Assembly (NCBI GenBank): GCA_964016885.1
Contig: OZ024740.1
Span: 327,918,001-327,982,000 of the forward strand
Source: Eledone cirrhosa
Lineage: Eukaryota
DNA length: 64,000 bases
Direction: 5' to 3'
Part shown: piece by piece, positions 1 to 14,922 of the stretch
How positions within the stretch are numbered: position 1 is the first letter of the stretch
Layout: every line of letters starts with the position of its first letter
The notes under the pieces: model-generated
Databases searched by the model: none
Told to the model about the DNA's origin: nothing
Seen by the model: the letters and a program-made list of their open reading frames with translations, nothing else
Program-made: the position numbers and the translations under genes

Positions 1-2750
<2,750 letters not shown>

Positions 2751-2839
2751 TCTGATCAAATCAGAATGAATTCTAGAATTGGTTGCTCAACCACTGTCCC
2801 ATATCCTTGCATTTCATATACTCTTAGAAGGGCTCAATA

Positions 2840-3480
2840 GTCACATAAAAAGCCACCATACTGTATGTTGACTACAAAAGGCTCTTTGACTCCAGACACC
2901 AAGGAAAAAGTCTTACTACTATGAAAGCTCTATAATTATCTACCCAGACTTTTTAGCGCTATTAGCAAAATGTACAAGAATACCAAAGCAAAGGTACCCC
3001 ATTCCAGATGGCAAAACTGACTACTTTGAGATTAAAACTAGGTTACTTGAAGGAGATACACTAGCTCTGTATCTTCACCATAGTACTAGACGAAGCCATG
3101 CAAAAAACCAGGAAGTGGGATTCCAGCTATATCAACAAAGAAACAGGAGAGTGCAGGACTTTGCTATAACTAACCTTGACTTTGCTGATGATCTGGAAAT
3201 TCTTACAGAAGTCCATCAGGCTCAAGAAGCATTTTTAGTATTGAGATTGAAGAGGAGCAGGTAGGTCTATAATGCAATGTCGAAAAGACCAAAATTCAAT
3301 TTTTTAACCAACAAACACCAGTAGTTACCAAAGTGATGAGCAGGGAAGTTTAGAAGGAGTTAAACAATTCTAAATACCTGGGAGGATGGATATAGAGCTC
3401 AGAAAGGAACATAGAACTAGTATGGGGTGCTGGCAACAAGGTGAACAAAATATGAACCACAGAGCTATCAAGGAAAATCA
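2840..3480 (+). mobile_element. Degenerate non-LTR (RTE-like) reverse transcriptase fragment
   Basis: Remnant motifs VDYK..FDS (~2867), EGDTLA (QGD motif, ~3050), LDFADDL (~3175) and KYLG (~3372), broken by stops and frameshifts. Confidence 0.75.
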
Positions 3481-3494
3481 AAATAATACTATTG

Positions 3495-4448
3495 ATCAGT
3501 GGTGGAGGGTGCTCTGAAAGTACAGTTGCCAGAGTCAGAATGGGATGGAAAAAGTTCAGAGAGCTTATACCACTATTGACCACTAAAGGTTTCTCCCTAA
3601 AAATGAAAGGCAGATTGTATGATGCCTGTATATGAACAGCAATGTTACATGACAGTGAGACATGGGGTTTGTGTGGAGAGGATCTGTGCAGACTGGAGAG
3701 GAACGAAGCATCCATGCTCCGTTGGATGTGTAATAGTAATATACGCGAACGGCAAAGCATAAATGAGCTAAGTGAGAAATTGGGAATAAGAGGGATCAGA
3801 TGCTATTTACTCGAAAGAAGACTACATTGGTATGGTCATGTGATGCGCATGAAAGACGACAGTTGTATAAAAAAGTGCAGGGCGATCAAAATTGATGGAA
3901 GTTACGGATTAGGTAGACCCTGAAAAACCTGGGACAATTTGATAAATTCCAACCTTACACACTTACACCTCTCTAAGACAATGTCACTGGACCGAGAGCT
4001 TTGGCGCTACGCAGTAATATAGAAGACCCGCCTTGCCTAAGTGCAAAGCGAAACCTACAGTCAGTAGGCATCTCTTAACCAAATATACACCCCCATCCCA
4101 CTACCCTACTCGACCCCACTCCCACTCTCACCAACACCACCCCTTTCTCTGTAAAGTTATGTTGGTACCACAACATCCAGTCCAAAATAAATGTTGTGTA
4201 GGTGTCACGACAAAAAAAACACACGGTCCACGCTGTAATGTGGCCGTGTAGGTAACACAGTAAAAACCTCCCAGTCCACACTGTAAACGTGGTTGGTGTT
4301 AGGAACGGCATCCAGCCGTAGAAAACCTGCCAGACAGTCCTATACGAGCGAGACATGGTCACCCGACCAATCTTGCCTCAAGTAAGACAATTCCCGTCTA
4401 AACCCATGCTAGTGTGGAAAATAGATGTTAAATGATGATGATGATGAT
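3495..4448 (+). mobile_element. RTE-clade LINE 3' end with SINE-like 3' region and (GAT)n tail
   Basis: ARVRMGWKKFREL..KGRLYDAC..MLHDSETW..MLRWMC..RRLHWYGHVMRM..GRP, then the common GGTGTTAGGAA(C/G)GGCATCCAGCCGTAGAAA motif and a (GAT)n tail. Confidence 0.85.
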
Positions 4449-5946
4449 TACAACAGTAGAATCTGTTATTATAGAGATAAAAAAAAACATTCACTATCAG
4501 AAAACCACTGAAGGATCAACTGGATGGCTGCTGCATATGGCAACAAATATATCAAGACAGGAACACAACAAACCAGGAATTTTATAAGGATCTCTTGAGG
4601 GTTTTAGATAAAATACAGCAACAAAGAATGAGATATGTTGGCCACTGCATGCATGTATCATTAGGAAATTGCAAGCAAGCTGGTGTTCTGGAAGCCAACG
4701 GAAGGAAAAGCACATTGAGGCAAAAGGAATATCATCTAAATCACAGGTTCTCAACCCATTTCCGCTGAATGCCCCCTTTTCCCATCAAAATCACGAAACG
4801 CCCCTCCCCCCTATTTTTCCATTTTTCAATATACTACTGATTTGATATCAGTAGATTACTAAAAAATTGATTAACAATATTCCAAAGATACCATTGCATG
4901 CAGTTGAGAGTATAAATACATTCCTTGAAAGGAAGTATATAAATTTAAAAAAAAAAAGGAACATAAATGTTCTTTTTTATGAATAAGGACCAGTTGAATT
5001 TGTTATATTCCCACCAGGTGATACCAGCTATTTTGAACATTTATACAAGAGCAACTCTGTCTATCCAATGAATGCTCTTATCTGGAAGAAAGTGGCAATT
5101 ATATCATTACAAAGCTTTCCAATTTCCCTTTAATGAAACGGACAGAATAAATGTTGATATCTAACTTGATGTCCCTCCGCTTTGTGAACTTAGAGACCAT
5201 GGAAGAGGTTTTTCATGACCACGTAAGAGTGTATTTATTAGTAAATGGTAAAATATATACAACAAATGAGTAAGTGAAGTTAGCTAGACTCCATGAAGCT
5301 CAAGGCTCCCACTGAAATGAAGTCAAGTTAAAGTAAGTTGATTTATCTGAAAACTTGGATATGCTATTGTTATGAAGCAAACTAACAATTTTATTAATTA
5401 GAAAGGGCACCCAGCTGTAGAAACAAAGCTAAAATACAGCTCCAAATGAGCAAGACATTGTCACCTGATCTCACTTTTCTCACAATGGGACAACTCATCT
5501 AATTCATGGTAGTGTGGAAAATTGAATTTAATCCGTGACGATGATATCTATCTAATTCAGTGCTACTGAAAATGTTTAGAAAATCTATACTAATGCTTGA
5601 ACATCTTGAAAAACATGTTAGTCATAATTCTGTTTTAATAAAACAAAAGAAGCATGTTTTTTTTTTTCTTTTGTTCTTTTTTGTTAAACCTTGAAATGTG
5701 TTCTCTTTTCAACTTTAGCCAAAAATGTTTTTTTTTAACGCCAATGACGTACAAAATCAAAACAATTCCGCACCTTTGCTGTACATTGCTGACAATTTGA
5801 TTCATCTCTGAGTTTGTCATGGGAATTATGTACATGTTAGTTGACTAGCTTTGAACAAATATAATTTTTTTAGTTCAGGTTTGGCTTGATATATCAGGAC
5901 TATATCAGTGTGTGTGTGTGTGTGTATTTCTCTCTTTCTCTCACTC

Positions 5947-5978
<32 letters not shown>

Positions 5979-6174
5979 GCTCTCTCTAAATGTAATCTGA
6001 GTTTTTCTAATATTCATAATAATATTCGATTCGTTTGCAATTATGCAAACAAGGGACTGCTAAAAAAGATGCTTGTTTGTAATTGCAAACGAATCAAATA
6101 TTATTATTAATATTCTAAAAACTCAGATTACATTTATTGTATTCAGCCATGTAGAGCGATAACTTTTTTTTTAG

Positions 6175-6215
<41 letters not shown>

Positions 6216-6469
6216 GTAATAATAATAAATTAGAAGACTAAAATCCAAAGAGGGCTTGATAAGGATAAATATATATCAAATATATAAGAACCGTAGAGCG
6301 GTTTTTTTTTGTGTACGTGCTTGTATTTGTATACCTAGGGCGAGTTTTCGCGTATGCTTGTGTATGTACGTATATGGATGCGTGTATGTATTTATTTAAT
6401 TTCAATTACCTCTGTATTTTATTTACTTTATTTTTAACTCTGAAGCCGAGAATCATTCGGTTTCCTAGT

Positions 6470-6748
6470 TAGAATTTTAGTCTACGACTTCAGTTATACC
6501 ATTTACGTGGTTTTGTCTTTGCGTGCAATTGTTCTCCTCACTCCACATAATGACGTATTATCTTCGTTTTTTCCGTTCATTGCCAGAGAACGTCTCCATG
6601 AACCACCTCATAGAATATTAGTCTACGACTTCTTTTATACCATAAACGTGGTTCTGTCTTTGCGTGTAATTGTTTTTCACCGCTCCAAATAATGACGTAT
6701 TATCTTCGTTTTTTCCCGTTCTTTGCCAGGGAACGTTTCCATGAACCA
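6470..6748. repeat. Diverged tandem duplication, 2 x ~140 bp, CpG-containing
   Basis: TAGAATTTTAGTCTACGACTTC...TCCATGAACCA at 6470-6605 recurs at 6611-6748; both copies keep TAATGACGTATTA. Confidence 0.9.
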
Positions 6749-6924
6749 AAGTATCGTCTTCCTGTCTTCCTCCGGTTGCAACGTTTTTTGAAATATTTAT
6801 TTCTGCGTTCATAGATTGACTTTTTTAGTTTCAGAAGATCCCGTTAAGGGTGAAAGCAGCTATTCTTTGCTTAAACTTTAATCTGTTATTTTAATAAATA
6901 TATATTATATATATATATATATAT

Positions 6925-7050
6925 ATATGAAAATGTTTGACCCCGACGGCAGAGCTCAAGCCGTTTCAACGGCTATTTCTGGCTATTTCAGGCCAGAAAT
7001 AGCCGTCGAAAACGCTTGAGCTCTGCCCTCGGGGTCAAACATTTTCATAT
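6925..7050. repeat. ~125-bp fold-back hairpin flanked by (TA)n
   Basis: ATATGAAAATGTTTGACCCCGACGGCAGAGCTCAAG..GGCTATTTCTGGC pairs with GCCAGAAATAGCC..CTTGAGCTCTGCCCTCGGGGTCAAACATTTTCATAT. Confidence 0.92.
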
Positions 7051-7151
7051 TACCCACTCTACTACCCTAAGTATTGAGTAGTCTGATGCGTTGTGGTCCA
7101 TCTGGTTCCTTACCACACCTCTTAAGTTATATATATATATGTATATATATC

Positions 7152-7757
7152 TTCACCATCATCACCGTTTTACGTCCTTCTTCCACGCTAGCTTGGGTTA
7201 GACAGGTTGTCCTGTTGTGAGCAATGCCAGGTCAGGTGATCATGGCTTGCTCATACAGAACTGATTTTGGCTTGATTTCTAACACCAACCTCATTTACAG
7301 TGAGTACTTCGTGGTTTTTACGGTGTGGACTGATGCTTTTTTGACGTAACACCTACATGACCACTTAACAGAGGTATGTGAGGTGGGGGCATACTGTCTA
7401 TATGCTTCAGCTTCGGTGTGTCCCTGTCAGAAGTCAGGTCTTCTTTATTACTGCATAACACCAGAGGTCTCGGTCCTGTGTCATCACCTTTGAGAGGTGC
7501 AATTGGGCAAGATCAGCTTTTATCAGCTCATCCCAGGTCTTCTTTGGTCGCCCTACTCCAAGGCTTCCATCGACTTTTAGTGCTCTGACCTTTTTATGCA
7601 GCTGTCATACTTCATACACATCACATGTCCATACCAACGTAATCTCCTTTCCTGCACACATCATTTTATTCTTCTTATGCTTAGTCTCTCTCTCAATTCG
7701 TTTATGCTTTGCCGTTGGTGTATATTACTATTACACATCCATCAGAGCATGCAAGCT
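7152..7757 (-). mobile_element. RTE LINE 3' end with SINE-like tail (minus strand)
   Basis: (CAT)n-like tail at left; reverse complement encodes LRWYGHVM..GRPKKTW. Confidence 0.75.
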
Positions 7758-7772
7758 TTATATATATATAAA

Positions 7773-8272
7773 GAAAAACCTGGGACGACTTGATAAATTC
7801 CGAACTCACACACTTACACCTCTCCAAAACAATGTCATTGGACCGAGATCTTTGGCGCTACACAATAATACAGCAGACCCGCCTTGCCTAAGTACAAAGC
7901 GAAACCTACAGTCAGTAGGCACCTCTAACAAAAATACACCCCCGTCCCACTACCCCCACCCCATCCACACCACCCCTTCCAATGTAATGTTATGTTGGTA
8001 CCACAACATCCAGTCCGAAACAAATGAGGTTGTGTAGGTGTCACGACAAAAAAAACAGTCCACGCTGTAATGTGGCCGTGTAGGTAACACGGTAAAAACT
8101 TCCCAGTCCATACTGTAAACGTGGTTGGTGTTAGGAAGGGCATCCAGTCGTAGAAAACCTGCCAGGCAGTCCTATACGAGCAACACAACCAATCTTGCCT
8201 CAAGTGGGAAAATTCCTGTCCAAACCCATGCTAGCGTGGAAGATGGATGTTAAACGATGATGATGATGATGA
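7773..8272 (+). mobile_element. RTE 3' end/SINE-like copy, closely similar to 3925-4448
   Basis: Aligns by eye with 3925-4448; ends in (GAT)n. Confidence 0.85.
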
Positions 8273-8632
8273 TATATATATATCATCTTCATTTGACATC
8301 CATTTTTCCCTTCTAGCAAAGGTTGGATGGTTTATCACAGACCAAGTTAGTACTTAGCGGAAGCCACTGGCTGTAGCATTGAAATGGGGATACATCTTAC
8401 TTACACACTTTCACATACTCTACTGAGCGTACAGGCTGTGTTTTGTTGTGGCACCAACATTAGGCTTTGTTTTGTATGGCTGGATGCCTTTCCTAATGTC
8501 AACAACCTTACAGGGTAGACTGAGTGCTTTTTGTTGGGTACGAGTATGACCACCTTACAGGGTGGACTGGATGCTTTTTTTTGTGGCACCAGCACTACTG
8601 CAAAGCAAACAAAAATAATAGTAATAATAATC

Positions 8633-9035
8633 TTCTTCTTTGCCTACTTATTCCTGAGAGGGTCATGGGGGCAGAATCCTCAAACGTCCTGTCAGAAGCA
8701 ACCATCTCCAACTGATCCAGCTGGATCCCCAAGTAAACCAGCCAAGCTCATGGATATTATCCAACCATCTTGCTCAGGGTCTACTCATGGGTTTTGTCCG
8801 TAAAATCTGTGCAGCAATTCTTTCCCCGAGTCATTCTAACTACATTCCCATAGTATCAGAGCTATGATCTCTCAATTTGGAGAAGTGGCAGCTCTACCTG
8901 GAGTGGCTCTCTGATCTCCGAACTATACGCTCTATCAAGTAATGTTACTCCAAAGACTCTTCGGAGGAACCCCATTTTGGCCACTTGTATTCATGATCAT
9001 ATTCTTTCAGTCATTACCCAAGATCCGTAGGTAAG
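8633..9035 (-). mobile_element. LINE 3'-end fragment with (GAA)n tail; related pieces at 10807-10975 (+), 15470-15620 (-) and 56412-56650 (-)
   Basis: Shared CTGTCAGAAG..CAACTGATCCAGCTGGATCCCCAAG motif in all copies. Confidence 0.7.
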
Positions 9036-11619
9036 GGTTGGCAGAAACTCCAAATAATAATAATAGTAAAATTATAATAGATAAGATAACTCAACTAAAT
9101 GTTAAACACTTGAGTCGGCTATATAACTGACAAATGTTTCCATAGTTCACAAAAATGCATAGAAATAAAAGAGGGGAAGAGACTTTTAATCTAATAGATT
9201 ACTAAGTAATTTCTTTCCTCTCCTAGCTTATCAAAATATCGTATATACTTGAATATAAATCAATCACTTATTTTTATGTTTGCAAAATGGCAAAAAATCC
9301 AAACCTCGTGTATAAGTTGAGGTAGCTAATCATACATATTATTTTTAGATGGCATGGTTTAAAAATTCTCATGAGTGGAGAATATATATATGAAGTTTTA
9401 ATGATATTTAACATACTTTAGCTGTTGTTCATGGCCTAGTTTTTGTTTTACAAATCCATTATGTAATGATTTTTTTTTTACCAATTTCTGACTGTTTTGA
9501 AGGCCATTTTTATTCAAAACACATCAAAAACAATAGGAAAAAGAATTTCACCACTAAAATGAAACTGGTGTAATATTCACCTCAAAAGTGAAAATATTTT
9601 AGCACCTTATTTACATATAATTTGAAGTTGGTGAAAATCAGTAAAATATTGACCTTGAATATGTTGACCCAATTTTACCATCAATTTTTTTTTGTTGTCA
9701 TATTTCACGGCTTATATACGAGTATATATTTAAGTATTTTGCAATATACAAATATGAGAGTGGTAATAGAAGAATATATATTATGCAAATTTCATCCTTT
9801 CGAAGTTGATAAAAAAAAATATATATCAGTCCAGTACTAAGGTCAATTCTTCATATCTCTTTCTGACTTCTCTACACTCTTGTTCTCTCCTTCTCTGGAA
9901 TAAATTGTCTGTTTTCTGAACAGAGATAGTCTCTGCTAGGTTTAAAATGTCCAATAAATGCCATATGTCACACATCTACAACTCCGCTAGGAATTACAGG
10001 CTTGTAGTGACCTACATTCTGAGGGCTCTTGAATACATTCTCCATACGTTGTTTGGCTCAGTTCAGCCAATCGCTACCAGTAGGTAGAAGTATTTCAACT
10101 TCCGCCCTGAGGGAAAAATTCCCACTTCTTTTCAATACACTCTCTCTTGCATCTCGTAACCAGAAGGTAAACATCTCTTGATTTTGTTCCTCAACAAACA
10201 TTCCAAAATGTAGCTACCGAACAAGTACGGCGGCCGTGGCCTCTAACTTCAGCCACTGGTCTGCGTATTCTTTTACATCATCTTAATTTGTTTTGTTTCA
10301 TTTCTTATGACATGTCCTAACAGCTAGCTAACTCAACTTCTCATCTTTGTAAATAAATTATATATCAAAAAATGTAATGCCTTATGATCATATTTGCCAC
10401 AACATTCCTTTGGACTGCTTCTCCGGTTACTCTCTGTGATACAATGCACAAACAAATATTAAAATTCATAACAGCACATATCTATATCCATATATCTCTC
10501 TACTATTAACTATCATCTAACTCTCAACCAACTAAAATACTCATTCTAAAGGCTCATACAAATTAGGCAAAGATTAATGAACATGTGGTTGTAATGAGAT
10601 TTTTTTTCTTTAGCTTAAAGGAGAAAGGACACCATCAGGGTCTCAAAGCCTGGTGGGAAGAAGTTATCCTTAGACTTGTAACAATGTACACTGCTAAAGG
10701 ACCAATTAGCAATATACCTATATCACAAACCTCCATCCTAGAAAGTAAAATCAAACCTATGATCGAAGGTGTTCTGGCTCTGACTATCCCATTATAGTTT
10801 CTAGCAGACCCCGAGCAAGATGGTTGGACAACGTCCATAGGCTCAGCTGGTCTCGCTTGAGGATTCAGCTGACTGGATCAGTTGGAGTCAGTTGCTACTG
10901 AAAGGCTTGTTGGAAGACGTATCTGAGGGATCTGCCCCCACAACTCTCCCAGGAATAAGTGGGCAAAGAAGAAGAATGCATAGTAAATTGTTTAAAACTA
11001 TTGGAATGCACTGTTTGTGACTACTTCCTTATTTGTCTTTGTCTTTCAAGTCATTAAAAATGGATATTATAGATATCTGACTACTCTATAGTCTTGAAGT
11101 ATTTGACTGAAATCCAAACAAGTGCAGGGAACTACGTTTACAACCAGATGATAAAGAAATATATTTTTAATAAATTTAAAAAAAGTTAAAATTTATTTTA
11201 ATTTAACAATATGAATAAAGTATGTGTGTATGTGTCTCTCTGAGCAAGAAATTGTTTATTTAGTAAATAGTTATGAGAGAAATTTACACCTTTGTTTAAC
11301 CAAAAAAGACTTCTTTTTAATGAAAAGTGTATTTTGTATACTTAATATAATATGTATATAATTATTTTGATGTCCAGATTGAAAAAATAAGGTCTATCAA
11401 ATATTTTCTAATTAATTCTGGTAACTTTCCGAGAAAGAAGTTTAGTTTGTCATATTCCAGGTATTGAATAAATCTCAGACACTGCAACTCCTTGAAATAG
11501 CTGTAGTAAAACTAGCTAACATCTACACTATTGGATAATCATAAACATGTCTAGTGTCTCTGATGGCACTGGTGCAAATAATCTAATAATTTTATTCTCT
11601 GAAATATATCCTCTTTTCA

Positions 11620-12052
11620 CCATCATCATCATCATCACCATTTTTACGTCCATTTTTCCATGCTTGCATGGGTTAGACAGGTCTTTTTCAGCACTGCATC
11701 TCTTCAGTCGTTGTATTCCTTCATCATTTCCTCTATGAATCTCAGTGATTTGAAATCAGCTCTCACCACCTCTTCCCAGGTCTTCCTTTGTCTATCTCAA
11801 CTGTGGCTTCCCTCCACTGGGATTACCTGGCACTTCTCCACCTAGTGATCATCACACCATCCATGCACATTACATGTCTGTACCAATTCAGTCTTCTCTC
11901 TTGCGCACCACTTCGGACTCCTCTTAAACCCAGTTTCTCCCTCGGTTCATCCAAACTCTGCCTTTCTCTCACATTTACATTGCACATCCAACGAAGCATA
12001 GCTGCTTCATTTCTCTCCAGTTTATTTATGTTCTCTGCAATCACTGCCCATG
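11620..12052 (-). mobile_element. RTE LINE 3' fragment
   Basis: ORF 11823-12044: LERNEAAMLRWMCNV..ERRLNWYRHVM; (CAT)n tail at left. Confidence 0.85.
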
Positions 12053-12124
12053 TTGTTTGTTAAAAAGTAAAAAATAAAATTGTTTGAAATTTGTCTTATT
12101 TTTGTTATTTATTTTTCATTACAG

Positions 12125-12529
12125 CTATATCATCTCCCTTGGCACCATATGAACTTGAAGCATTTGAGTTTTCTAATCCGAATGATTCTACCAGTAAATT
12201 CTACCTCATCTGGGATCGTCCCTTCTACTTTCTACCTAGCAATCACATAAGCAATGAAGATATTACCAAAAATGCTAATCATTTATTACTGCACCAATTT
12301 ACTCTTCCACAACCAGAAGAGACTCAACCAAACCAGTCATATCAAATAGCAGGCAATAAACCTGTTCAATCTGAGAAAAATGACCAACATTTATCTGCAA
12401 ACCATACTAATCCTGTTGACAAGGGATTAACTTGCAAAGGCCAACATTCATCAGTAGAAACCAAAATTGGTTTATTTGATGATGTACATGAATATATTAT
12501 TGAATACAAACTTCATGGTTCAGAAGAAG
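12125..12529 (+). CDS. Internal exon 1 of an FN3 + laminin-EGF type I membrane protein (MEGF9-like architecture): N-terminal half of FN3 with a large insertion
   Basis: Polypyrimidine tract + ACAG acceptor, GAAG|GTAAAA donor, 405 nt, phase 1-1; SPLAPYEL..FYLIWDRP...VHEYIIEYK match FN3 strands A/B/C. Confidence 0.85.
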
Positions 12530-12581
12530 GTAAAATATTTTGTTCTGATCTAATTTTATTACTAGTGAAGACGGTATAGAT

Positions 12582-13234
12582 TAGTGGCTCCAAAACTGTG
12601 CACCTCAATGCACTGATGTGGTGAGAGATGTAATTAGGTGCACTGAAAAAGAGCTAAGTTCTATTTCAAAATGTGAAAAAAAATAGAAATTTATTAATAA
12701 AGTTTATATACATTTGTTAGTGGAAAACATCTAAACTAAGAATGGAAACATTGTTTTAAAAAAATGCATCGAGTGCATGTTTATCATTGATAACTTTGCT
12801 CCATTTCACCATTATCGTTTATCTTCCACGCTAGCATGGATTAGACAAGTTTGTCCTATTTGAGGCAAGTTGGATTGGGTGACCATGTCTCACTCGTATA
12901 GGACTGTTTCTGGCTGGTTTTCTAACGCCAGCCACATTTACAGTGTGTGCTAGGTGCTTTTTGCCATGTCTCCTACACAATCACTTTACAGTGTGGGCTG
13001 GATGTTTTGTGGGACCAACATAACTTTACAGAGTAAGGGTTAGGTGTGGCAGAAATGGGTGGGGGTGTAGGGATTGACTAAAAAGAAGTGGAAATAATCA
13101 TTTTATTATATTAATTTTCTAAATTTTTATTTTATGCTTTATTGAATAGATTATCAAATTTAAATACAAAGTTTGTCAAAATATTTTCACTTGTTCTAAA
13201 GTGTGCTGTGAGTAAAAGAAGTTTAGGAACCACT
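12582..13234. mobile_element. hAT/Charlie-like MITE remnant interrupted by a SINE-like repeat (12810-13070)
   Basis: Imperfect TIRs TAGTGGCTCCAAAACT / AGTTTAGGAACCACTG. Confidence 0.5.
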
Positions 13235-13406
13235 GGGAAAAAAGTGTATTTTGTATACTTAATATATATGAATATAATTGTTTTGATGTCCAGATTGAAA
13301 AAAAAAAAGTTGTATCAAATAATTTCTAATTAATATTGGCAATTTTCTGAGAAAGAATAGAGGATTTCTTAGATCTAATTTAGTATCTGGTGTTTTTATA
13401 AAATTA

Positions 13407-13979
13407 CTAGCTGAGGTACCCGGCTTCGCCCGGGAGAATAGTTAAGAGGAGATGGATAAAAGAGAAAACGACTATATTGAATGTGTTGTCTGCTATGAGG
13501 TGAGACCGTAATGTGTGAGTGTGTGTGAGAGAGACATAAACAAAATAATCATAAAACTTCCTTATTAGGCTGGGCGAGTAAACTGCCGATTAAATGGTAG
13601 CATTGGCCTTGGATTTTAAATGTGAAATATCCATAGTCAGTATGATCTCTTTCAGCTTCAAAGGACGTCATCTGAAATGCAGCAATATACCGCATAACAT
13701 TGCTTTTGAAGTGTTTAGCTTCGGTAGTATGGTCTCTAAGTAGTATATGGATAAAAGCTGGAGGGTAGATTAATTTCAAATAGTGTCAATTTTTCTTTGT
13801 TCTGAAGAATCAAAGACTTTATAAAAGCTAACGCAATATTATTAAACCTTCCTATAGATCAAAGGCTCTATAGTTTAAACCGATTCTTTTGTGGGATGTC
13901 ACACTCTCTCCCTCTCTCTCTCAATATCTAACACTTTAATTTTATCTCTCTCTGTATAATGGTCTATCTCTCTCTTTAG

Positions 13980-14011
<32 letters not shown>

Positions 14012-14062
14012 TTTTTGTGTGATTCCACCAACCAATAAACATCTCTCTTTTATATACATAGA
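13407..14062 (-). mobile_element. Non-autonomous Helitron with a Rep/helicase gene fragment
   Basis: Minus strand: A|TCTATGTATATAAAA 5' end; 3' hairpin CCCGGGCGAAGCCGGG followed by CTAG|T; internal ORF KHFKSNVMRYIAAFQMTSF..TFKIQGQCYHLIGSLL is typical of the Helitron Rep N-terminal region. Confidence 0.88.
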
Positions 14063-14367
14063 TATAATTGCTCTAATTAACTCCATCTTTTGAGATGAAA
14101 ATGATTTTTCAATATTAACATAATGTTCACTTAAATATTTTTTTTATTTTACTGACATGGGTTGGCTAGGTTTACTATATATCAGCTTTTTCTCCATTTC
14201 CATTTTGTTTTCTCAACTGTGGATTTTCTTGGTTCTGGTTTTATAATTTCATCCCAAGTCAAACCCTATTATTAAATGTCTAGTATTTTATTGTTTTTCC
14301 TCAGCATACTATTTACTCATATTGCATGTCCACACAAGTACAGTTGTCTCTCCTGCAGAGTCTTTAA

Positions 14368-14555
14368 CCCTTTAGCATTTAAATCGGCCATATTTGGCCA
14401 GAATTCTCTCACCCCTTTCTGTTCAAACCAGCCTAACTGGCCACTCATACTGATGTTAAGATATTGTTCTCAAAATAAATATTATCAAAATCTCATAGAT
14501 TCAATATTATGTGAAAATACAATAGTATATATAGAGTAATGTAAATGCTAAAGGG
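14368..14555. mobile_element. piggyBac-type MITE (TTAA site)
   Basis: TTAA|CCCTTTAGCATTTA ... TAAATGCTAAAGGG|TTAG; further copies at 34545-34743 and, partially, 33190-33390. Confidence 0.8.
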
Positions 14556-14754
14556 TTAGTAGCCAATCTATTTTTCAATTTCTTCTCAACCTTTCTCATA
14601 AGTTAACATTGTATAGCCAACAGACCATTGTTGCCACTTATTCTGCTCTAATCACTACAAATATTTTGCATTACCTACCATATTTGCTGTATAATGTTCT
14701 CACACACACTTAAGTTACTTTTTATTAATCTTCGAATTTCTTTATCAATTTCAG

Positions 14755-14922
14755 AAAGCACCATAATAACTGTCGATAAAGATGTAACATGGGTTTGCCT
14801 TGAAGGTCTTGCCACTCACACATTTTACTCTATTTATGTATCGGCCAACTATTCCTCTTACTCTGTTCGATCAGCTGAATATCTCTTGGACACAACTGAG
14901 ACTGATTCAAGTAAAACAAATG
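14755..14922 (+). CDS. Exon 2 of the membrane protein: C-terminal half of FN3
   Basis: TTTCAG acceptor, ATG|GTAATA donor, 168 nt, phase 1-1; TWVCLEGLATHTFYSIYVSANY matches the FN3 L..L...T.Y.I.V.A motif. Confidence 0.9.

Noticed and set aside
5635-5835. 66-aa minus-strand ORF as a possible exon
   Set aside because: No recognisable domain, runs through homopolymers, and splice signals are unconvincing
7152-8272. Twin-priming inversion of a single RTE
   Set aside because: Both halves have their own 3' tails and differ in sequence, so they are two independent insertions
12091-12124. Hydrophobic start of ORF 12091-12579 as a signal peptide
   Set aside because: Starts at TTG and is the polypyrimidine tract of the splice acceptor
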